The notes under the pieces are model-generated. The model was not told the DNA's origin and made no database searches. It saw only the letters and a program-made list of their open reading frames with translations. Shown here piece after piece: positions 1 to 6,438 of a stretch of 19,003 nucleotides of DNA. The DNA is taken from NCBI GenBank assembly GCA_963676915.2, contig CAXXVK010000046.1:1-19003 (forward strand). Direction: 5' to 3'. This DNA is from Myxococcota bacterium. Lineage in GTDB: Bacteria > Myxococcota_A > SURF-8 > G963663525. Every line of letters starts with the position of its first letter. Position 1 is the first letter of the stretch. The position numbers and the translations under genes are program-made.

Positions 1-10
1 TACAATCCAT
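1..10 (-). CDS. 5' end of an unidentified gene running off the left edge (M-D-C...)
   Basis: Minus strand reads AAGGGAGGTAAAGT-ATG GAT TGT: strong SD (GGAGG, 17-21) 6 nt before the ATG at 10. Only 3 codons are visible. Confidence 0.5.
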
Positions 11-744
11 ACTTTACCTCCCTTGGTTTGTGAAACGGACATACTACGTAAATGTTTGTCCACACTGGTAAATAGCCCCTTGGGGGCGGTTAATCCCTTT
101 GGGTTCCCTTCGTTTGCATTCGATTCCGACTTTTCTTCGGAACCGTCTTTCGTCCCATCAGCCTTTACCTTTTTAGGTTTGGGCTTCCGGTTTATGGTAT
201 TGGCCGCCTTGGCCGGCCCTCTTTTCAAAATCGTTTCCAGTGCTTTGGCACCCCGTTCGATATAAGCATCCAGCACGTCCTGTTCTTCTGGATAAAAGCC
301 ATTGAGCACATAGTGCGGAATCTCTTCTCCAAACTTTGGACGCCCCACGCCTGCCCGCAATCGAGCGAAATCGTTTTCGGGCAGATGCTGCGCGATACTG
401 CGCAATCCTTTGTGACCCGCCGTCGATCCGGCTTGTTTGACCTGCAATCGACCGAAGTCCAAATCCACATCATCGTGAACGACCGTGATATTCTTGGCTG
501 GAATCTTGAAATACCTCGCCGCTTCCCCCACGGCTTCTCCACTGCGATTCATGTAGGTTTCCGGCTTGAGCAACAGACAGGACATTCCCGACCACTCCAC
601 TTTCGCCATCAATCCCTTGAACCGGCTTCGATGGATTTCCCATCCATGCCGGGAAGCGAATTCATCCACGATCATGAAACCTATGTTATGCCTGGTTCTC
701 AGATATTGAACGCCCGGATTTCCCAGGCCCACGACCAAATGCAC
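1..744 (-). CDS. pth: Peptidyl-tRNA hydrolase; frame open to the window edge, with a C-terminal extension
   Basis: Manual translation from GTG 744 (GGGAGAAG upstream): MHLVVGLGNPGVQYLRTRHNIGFMIVD...LLKPETYMNRSG...VVHDDVDLDFGRLQVKQAGSTAGHKGLRSI...FARLRAGVGRP...YVLNGF. These are the Pth motifs, and the gene follows prs-rplY as usual. No in-frame stop before position 1. Confidence 0.96.
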   Translation of the reverse strand, partial: MHLVVGLGNPGVQYLRTRHNIGFMIVDEFASRHGWEIHRSRFKGLMAKVEWSGMSCLLLKPETYMNRSGEAVGEAARYFKIPAKNITVVHDDVDLDFGRLQVKQAGSTAGHKGLRSIAQHLPENDFARLRAGVGRPKFGEEIPHYVLNGFYPEEQDVLDAYIERGAKALETILKRGPAKAANTINRKPKPKKVKADGTKDGSEEKSESNANEGNPKGLTAPKGLFTSVDKHLRSMSVSQTKGGKVWIV

Positions 745-875
745 GTCTTCTCCCGAAAAACAGGCGTTTTTACAGCCAAACAACCAATCACCAAGTAACC
801 AATCACCTATCGTTTTGCGTTTCATACGCGAATTGACTTTAGCTTATTTAACAACGCGACGCATAAAAAAAAATG

Positions 876-912
876 AAAAAAAACGACCCGGAGGAAAAAC
901 ACCGCCGGGTCG
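876..912 (-). terminator. Intrinsic terminator after rplY
   Basis: Minus strand CGACCCGGCGG-TGTTTTT-CCTCCGGGTCG followed by a T8 run. Confidence 0.8.
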
Positions 913-991
913 GAGAAATCGATACGCGAAAAACACCCTGTTTTCATAGGTCGAATCCAATCGAAAACAGGACATTTCATAAATAGCAGAA

Positions 992-1633
992 TCAGCCTTC
1001 CGCTTTTTCCTCGCCTTCGGCGGCGGGAGCGGCGGCTTCCTCTTCGCCTTCTTCCTCTTCGTCTTCGAGTTCATCACGTCCCGCTTTGACGCGGACGATC
1101 GCGAAGTTGTCTTTGAAGTCGGCTTGAAGCGATTCATCCAGTTCGATATCTTTAATGCGAAGCTGGCTGCCTATTTTCATCGCGGTAATATCGATCGGAA
1201 TTACCGCCGGAATGGCAGAGGGAAGACAACGAACGCTCAGTTTACGACGCAGCAATTCCAGTTTACCACCGGCCTTGACCCCCTCCGAACTACCTTGCAA
1301 TTCGATGGGTACGCGAACGGAAACGGCTTCGTCATCCGAAATCACTTTGAAATCGACATGCAGGAACTTTTTGGACAGAGGACTGACCTGCAATTCCTTG
1401 ATCATCGCCGGAATCGTCTCCCCACCTTCGGTCAAGCTGAGCGAAAAAACCGAATTGATGCGTTTCGGGTTGTCCAGTTGTTTCTGAAGGACTTTGGGAT
1501 CGAGTTGAATTTGCATCGGAGATGTATTTTTTCCGTAAATAATCCCTGGAATCTGCCCATCGCGCCGAATTTTCCGGGCGGAGCCTTTTCCGCTGGTTTC
1601 GCGTCGTTCAACTTGGAAAGTGATGGAATTCAT
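992..1633 (-). CDS. rplY: 50S ribosomal protein bL25/general stress protein Ctc (two-domain, acidic tail)
   Basis: GKGSARKIRRDGQIPGIIYG, HVDF, VPIELQGSSEGVKAGG, CLPSAIP motifs; located between prs and pth. Confidence 0.96.
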   Translation of the reverse strand: MNSITFQVERRETSGKGSARKIRRDGQIPGIIYGKNTSPMQIQLDPKVLQKQLDNPKRINSVFSLSLTEGGETIPAMIKELQVSPLSKKFLHVDFKVISDDEAVSVRVPIELQGSSEGVKAGGKLELLRRKLSVRCLPSAIPAVIPIDITAMKIGSQLRIKDIELDESLQADFKDNFAIVRVKAGRDELEDEEEEGEEEAAAPAAEGEEKAEG

Positions 1634-1695
1634 GGTGCCAACTCCTTAACCTTTATATGTGGCCAAAAACGGTCGTTTGCTTGAGTTTCCCCGCA

Positions 1696-2670
1696 TTATC
1701 GGAAAAGCGCACTGACGGACTGGTTCGAAACCAGCCGTTCAATCGCTTCCGCGAGTAACCAGGCAACGGAAACAATAACGAATTTCGAATTCGATCGCAC
1801 GTCTTCGTGGATCGGAACAGTATCCAAAACAATGAATTTCTCGATCGGCGAATCATCGATTCGCTTCAGAGTTTCAGCGTTGATCGTCGCGTGAGAACAA
1901 CAAGCCCAGATATGACGCGCCCCCTGACGCTCCAGTTCGCTTGCAGCGTCACAGACCGTGCTGCCTGTATTGATGATGTCGTCAACAAGCACGCAGAACT
2001 GATCGGTAACATCTCCGACCACTTTCAACGTCGAATCCTGATCTTTCTGGTCGAGCCTGTCGCAAATAGCGATCTCGCAACCCAAAGCTCCTGCCATGCG
2101 ACGCACTCGCCTCGCTCCACCCACATCGGGTGTCACCAGCGCCAGTTCGTCCGGCGTAATTCCCATGCGCCCCGGTTCGAACAGATTGTGCCGCAGGTAA
2201 TCCTGCAAGACCTTCAAACCGAAAAGATTGTCCACGGGAAGATTGAAAAATCCCTGGATCTGTTCGGCATGCAGATCGACGCTTAAAATCCGCTCCGCTC
2301 CGGCGGTAGCGATGAGATCGGACACCAGCTTGGCGGAAATCGGCGTTCGTACACCGAACTTGCGATCCTGCCGGGCGTATCCGAAATAGGGAATGACAGC
2401 GGTGATGCTGGAAGCACTGGCTCGTTTGGCCGCATCCACCATCAGGAGAAGTTCCATCAAATTGTCATTGACCGGAGGACAGGTGGGTTGAATGATGAAA
2501 ACGTCCCGGTTACGGATGTTTTCGTTGAAACGGATCTTGGTTTCACCATCGGGAAAACGGCCCACATCGGCACGACCGATCGGCAGATTCAGCCGAGCAC
2601 ACACCTCCTCGACAAGGTCGCGGTGTGCGTTGCCGTGAAAGATGCGGACGTTGTTCATATCCCGATACAT
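1696..2670 (-). CDS. prs: Ribose-phosphate pyrophosphokinase family protein (catalytic loop divergent)
   Basis: RFPDGE, NDNLMELL, PYFGYARQDRK, DLHAEQIQGFF, PDVGG, VDDIINTGST, SVSALF. The usual DKRR loop reads DRLD. Confidence 0.92.
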   Translation of the reverse strand: MYRDMNNVRIFHGNAHRDLVEEVCARLNLPIGRADVGRFPDGETKIRFNENIRNRDVFIIQPTCPPVNDNLMELLLMVDAAKRASASSITAVIPYFGYARQDRKFGVRTPISAKLVSDLIATAGAERILSVDLHAEQIQGFFNLPVDNLFGLKVLQDYLRHNLFEPGRMGITPDELALVTPDVGGARRVRRMAGALGCEIAICDRLDQKDQDSTLKVVGDVTDQFCVLVDDIINTGSTVCDAASELERQGARHIWACCSHATINAETLKRIDDSPIEKFIVLDTVPIHEDVRSNSKFVIVSVAWLLAEAIERLVSNQSVSALFR

Positions 2671-2803
2671 CCATCAACGCCTTCTGAAAATGAGGATAAC
2701 CACGCCGTTTCGGCACGGAAATCCTACCTCCGTACTCGCTCGAAAGCGATAAAAAACACAACATTATAGGTGGGAACGACGCTCGAAATGTCGGTCGGAT
2801 AGG

Positions 2804-3064
2804 TTAAAAATCGTTGTTCGTCCTCCGATATTCAGTAAGCACCACGCTTTCCACCATTTCACGAGTCGAGCTATTGAGCGGATGAGCAATATCCTTGAAT
2901 GAGCCATCACGCCGTTTTTTGCTCGGCATCGCAATAAAGAGGCCGGTGTTGCCACTGATAACCTTCAAATCCCGAACGATGAAACAATTGTCGAAAGTTA
3001 TGGTCGCATAGGCTTTCAACTTATCTTCATTTACGGGAAAGATTCTGACTTCCGTGATCTCCAT
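2804..3064 (-). CDS. spoVG: SpoVG family nucleic-acid-binding regulator
   Basis: MEITEVRI...LKAYATITFDNCFIVRDLKVISGNTGLFIAMPSKKRRDGSFKDIAHPLN; lies upstream of prs. Confidence 0.96.
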   Translation of the reverse strand: MEITEVRIFPVNEDKLKAYATITFDNCFIVRDLKVISGNTGLFIAMPSKKRRDGSFKDIAHPLNSSTREMVESVVLTEYRRTNNDF

Positions 3065-3221
3065 TGTGCATTACCCCTTGGCGGTTGTATCCTTCACGAT
3101 CAAACCTCTCCCTGTACTGGAACCAGATATCCTGTGGCAGCCTCATATTTTCAAAGCGAGTCCGTCGCCCGGCACTCCGTCCTTCTCATTGTTTAAGGAA
3201 ACAAAAACGAGAAGGCTGAAG

Positions 3222-3250
3222 CTTTTACCACCTAACGTGCCACTTGTCAA
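3222..3250 (-). promoter_or_regulatory. Sigma-70-type promoter for spoVG
   Basis: Minus strand TTGACA (3250-3245), 17-nt spacer, TAAAAG (3227-3222), with a TGn extension before the -10. Confidence 0.55.
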
Positions 3251-3288
3251 TTTGTGTCACAATTATTGAATTTTTACGGGCAGAACCG

Positions 3289-4803
3289 TCATTTCCAAAC
3301 GGGAGACGGCTTGAAACTTACTTGCCCGTCTTCCACCGTAATCGAGAAAACAACGGCTTTGCAGCCATGACGTTCGATCAGTTTTTGTTCCGCTCTTTCC
3401 AGTTTTTGAACGAACTGTTCCAAAGTTACCCGACTAGTATCTTCGTTCAATTCTTCCTTGGCTTTAATAAAATCTGCATAAAGGCGATCGTAATAGCCTT
3501 CTTGCTCCGTTTCCGAAACCGCTTCCTTGGCTTCTTCGGTGGTTTCGGTCAGGTTTTTCACCAGCACGTCAGGAACGATTTTCGGCACAGTGGCTTGGGC
3601 GCTTAGAGGACTTTTCCCTCCGGCTCCCATCTTCATCTGCTGTACCACGTCGTCCTCGTCCTCGGGGATGTACTTGCCTTGCAAAATGGCGTTCATCAGG
3701 TTGAAAGTCTGGCCGAGGCTGTTCAGGTACGGATCGGTCGATTTGAACTGGTAGTCCTTGTTCCCCATGATCACCAGGTGAGCACCTTCCAAAATGAAGT
3801 CGATGCTGTTGATCAGGCGATTGAAGTCACGCAGAACCAATCCGGTAACAACCAGCAAAAGAATCAACGTGATGAGAATCATTTTCAACAACGCCTGATT
3901 GAACGGCGCATTCATTTTATCCAGCGACTCCAGCATCACGAAACCGGCAACCACTTTATCTCCGAACCCTTTCATCGGAGCGAAGAGCACGAGCCAGCTT
4001 GTGTCGCCCAAGGAGATCGGCAATGTAATCGGCTTATGGGACGTCAAAACTTCACCAATACGACCCTGGTTGGATTTGATCCAATCGTCGAGTTCGGCCT
4101 CAGCCGAAGAATTCAACGTGGTTCCGAGGATGCGTTGGGGGGAGAAAACGCCGAATTCACCGGGTGTCAACACGGTTTCGACCTTGGCAAAGGATTCTCC
4201 CATCTCGTTGCACCACAGGATCGCACCCACCGTTTTTTCAAAAGAAATGATCGGTGCCACCGTAACCAACATGGTTTTCGTACTATTGGCATCGAAGGTT
4301 TTACCGCCCTGACCTTCTTTGATCAGCTGGTCTTTATTGAACAACCAGATATCCTCACCGGACTTGTTCTTTTTCAAAGCCGATGCCACGAGGGGGGCGT
4401 TCATGTAGTTATTCGTTTTAAACCACTTTCCGGTATTCGTTCTCGCCAGTTCGTTACCATCCTTATCGACAACGATGACGAGATCCCCTTTGTACCGGGC
4501 TTGTGTAAGGAATTCGAGGGCTTCGAACAGGTCGAAGTGTTGGTTTTTCGCCTGTTCTTCGTCTTCGATCAATGTATCGATCAACTCGATAAGGCGCTTC
4601 TCGTTTGCGTATTTGAGGACGTGCTCCTGACGCTCTTTTTGTCCGGCTTGCCGAGCCTTACGATAATTTTCGTATCCGTTGGTCAGTTTGTAGGTCAAGG
4701 CGTCGTAGGCTTCCCCCCTTAGCGGTTCCACGACGGCGACATTGGCCAGCACGAGAAACAAAACGAAAACGACGACGATAATCAACCCCAGTTTCAAACG
4801 CAT
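3289..4803 (-). CDS. Membrane protein: TM, dCache-like extracytoplasmic region, TM, HAMP-like segment, MXAN_5187-like C-terminal domain
   Basis: Two hydrophobic helices flank Cache-like motifs (LVIVVDKDGNELART, LVTVAPI..VGAIL). HAMP-like segment GNKDYQF..LNSLGQTFNLM. The C-terminus (YYDRLYADFIKAKEELNEDTSRVTLEQFVQKL..HGCKAVVFSITVEDGQVSFKPSPV) resembles the myxobacterial MXAN_5187 C-terminal domain as I recall it. Confidence 0.7.
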   Translation of the reverse strand: MRLKLGLIIVVVFVLFLVLANVAVVEPLRGEAYDALTYKLTNGYENYRKARQAGQKERQEHVLKYANEKRLIELIDTLIEDEEQAKNQHFDLFEALEFLTQARYKGDLVIVVDKDGNELARTNTGKWFKTNNYMNAPLVASALKKNKSGEDIWLFNKDQLIKEGQGGKTFDANSTKTMLVTVAPIISFEKTVGAILWCNEMGESFAKVETVLTPGEFGVFSPQRILGTTLNSSAEAELDDWIKSNQGRIGEVLTSHKPITLPISLGDTSWLVLFAPMKGFGDKVVAGFVMLESLDKMNAPFNQALLKMILITLILLLVVTGLVLRDFNRLINSIDFILEGAHLVIMGNKDYQFKSTDPYLNSLGQTFNLMNAILQGKYIPEDEDDVVQQMKMGAGGKSPLSAQATVPKIVPDVLVKNLTETTEEAKEAVSETEQEGYYDRLYADFIKAKEELNEDTSRVTLEQFVQKLERAEQKLIERHGCKAVVFSITVEDGQVSFKPSPVWK

Positions 4804-5196
4804 TGCAACCCCTCAGGAGACTAGAAATGGTACCATGGTTTTGACTGTAAAAAGACATCATATGGTAATCCATTCTTTGCATGACGTCAATTGGTTGCCC
4901 ATTTTTATACAACTTTAAACTACACTAAAATTTTCTAGTGACAAAGAAAATAATTTTATCTTTTTTTTCAACATACACAATAACGGTTGTTTTATAAAGA
5001 CTTTTTTTATTTATAATCTTTAAATTTTTCTATCAACTAGACCTTTAAAAAAATTTTAATGAAACTTCGGGAAATTTTTACTTGAATATCCTAAGGAATT
5101 ATTCTGAATTACGTTGAATAATGGTGGTGCACGTTGAATAAAAGGTTCTTAAAAAGAGCTTTGATTTCAGTCTTTTTGAAAGGAATTGGAAGCATC

Positions 5197-5985
5197 ATGA
5201 TTCAAAAAACGATGGTCGATCTTGCCCAAAAGGCCGGACAAACCATGCTCGAACACTATAAGAAAATCGATGAATCCGCTATCGAACTGAAGGGGGAGCG
5301 GATCAAAGACCTGCTGACCGAAGTGGATGGTCGCATCGAAGACATGACCCGCGAAGCGTTACGCAAAGCGTTTCCGGATCATGGTTTTTTGGGTGAAGAA
5401 CGCGGCAAATCCTCCGGTGGGGACGCATGGTTTCTGCTCGATCCGATCGATGGAACGGTGAACTTCGCCAGCGGATTGCCTGAATTCGCGTTTTTGCTGA
5501 CACGCATGGAAGGAGATCGACCCACCCACAGCGTGACACATTTGCCGGTATTCGGAGAAACCTACTGGGCACAAGCCGGTCATGGAGCGTGGCTCAACGG
5601 GCAGCGAATTTCCGTCAACCGGGCGGTCACTTTATCGGAATCGGTCGTGGCCACGGGATTCGCCTGTGTCCGTGCCGGTCAAAAACCCGATAACCTGCCA
5701 ATTATCAGCGACATTCTTTACAAAGTACGGGGGCTTCGACGCTTCGGTTCCGCCGGAGTCGATCTGGCTTACGTCGCACGGGGCGCTTTCGCCGGGTTCT
5801 GGGAAATCGGGCTTTCCCCTTGGGATGTCGCCGCCGGAATCCTGCTGGTCAAGGAGGCGGGAGGCTGCGTCAGCGGATTTTCCGGAGTGGACGATCCGAT
5901 TCGAGGGGGACGCATCGTGGCGTCCAATGGAATCATTCACGAGGAGTTACGGGCTGTCGTCGAAAAGAATTTTCATGAGGAGTGA
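5197..5985 (+). CDS. suhB: Inositol monophosphatase family protein (SuhB-like)
   Basis: DLLTEVD, GEE, LDPIDGTVNF, RRFGSAGVDLAYVARG, PWDVAAGILLVKEAGG. ATG 5197 is preferred to the track's TTG 5134 because it has a purine-rich GGA upstream and gives a typical length. Confidence 0.88.
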   Translation: MIQKTMVDLAQKAGQTMLEHYKKIDESAIELKGERIKDLLTEVDGRIEDMTREALRKAFPDHGFLGEERGKSSGGDAWFLLDPIDGTVNFASGLPEFAFLLTRMEGDRPTHSVTHLPVFGETYWAQAGHGAWLNGQRISVNRAVTLSESVVATGFACVRAGQKPDNLPIISDILYKVRGLRRFGSAGVDLAYVARGAFAGFWEIGLSPWDVAAGILLVKEAGGCVSGFSGVDDPIRGGRIVASNGIIHEELRAVVEKNFHEE

Positions 5986-6160
5986 ACCTCTTGCATAAAT
6001 CCCGAAGATAAATCTTCGGGGTGCCATAGCTTCACGGACCGAAAGGTCCGGGAGACTGTGCAAACCATGGAAAACACAGCCTTCCACGCTTCGCGCGTAA
6101 GACTATGGCACACATGGGTTTTCTAAAAACCATCAAAATCCCGATTTATGCAAAAGCCAC
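5984..6160. mobile_element. 177-bp non-autonomous MITE-like element
   Basis: Imperfect 18-bp terminal inverted repeats: GAACCTCTTGCATAAATC and, as reverse complement, GTGGCTTTTGCATAAATC, with a perfect 11-bp core at 5991-6001/6143-6153. Flanked by the 4-bp direct repeat GAGT (5980-5983, 6161-6164). No transposase; the interior is palindromic. Confidence 0.7.
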
Positions 6161-6242
6161 GAGTGACATCGGCTTTCGTTGGAGAACAGGAATTCCCCAT
6201 ATAAAAATTTACAGTTAGAACGCAAAGAGTCGAACTTTTTTC

Positions 6243-6271
6243 TTTACACGGACGGTGCGTGTGGATATGCT
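6243..6271 (+). promoter_or_regulatory. Sigma-70-type promoter of the tRNA
   Basis: TTTACA, 17-nt spacer, TATGCT, ending about 30 nt before the tRNA. Confidence 0.6.
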
Positions 6272-6302
6272 CTCTCCGCTCTTTGACGGAACAAGACCCC
6301 AA

Positions 6303-6387
6303 GCCCAAGTGGTGGAACTGGTAGACACGCTATCTTGAGGGGGTAGTGCCGAAAGGCGTGCCGGTTCGAGTCCGGCCTTGGGCACCA
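6303..6387 (+). tRNA. tRNA-Leu (anticodon GAG)
   Basis: GCCCAAG/CTTGGGC acceptor stem, D arm with TGGTAGAC, anticodon arm CTATC-TTGAGGG-GGTAG, long variable arm GCC-GAAA-GGC, GGTTCGAGTCC T arm, encoded CCA; 85 nt. Confidence 0.97.
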
Positions 6388-6388
6388 C

Positions 6389-6421
6389 AAAAAACGGCGG
6401 CAGGTAACTGTCGCCGTTTTT
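6389..6421. terminator. Bidirectional intrinsic terminator between tRNA-Leu and the convergent hybrid-kinase gene
   Basis: AAAAAACGGCGGCAG-GTAA-CTGTCGCCGTTTTT, with A and T tracts on either side. Confidence 0.85.
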
Positions 6422-6438
6422 CTATTTCAAGGATCAGT

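Noticed and set aside
400-430. Pth GGHNG motif reading AGHKG
   Set aside because: The catalytic His20- and Asp93-equivalents are present, and I recall HKG as a natural variant, so it is not evidence of inactivation.
23-798. Track ORFs 23-265, 225-542 and 313-798
   Set aside because: Shadows of pth, which occupies 744 to <1 on the minus strand.
3226-3241. Sigma-54-like TGGCACG upstream of spoVG
   Set aside because: The -12 position reads TGGT rather than TGC, and the sigma-70 match fits better.
4900-5130. oriC or dif site in the AT-rich tract
   Set aside because: No TTATCCACA-type DnaA boxes or XerC/D arms were found.
6051-6111. c-di-GMP-I riboswitch-like GCAAACC..GAAA words in the structured element
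   Set aside because: The following GACGCAAA and P2 pairing are absent, and the element is not in a 5' UTR.
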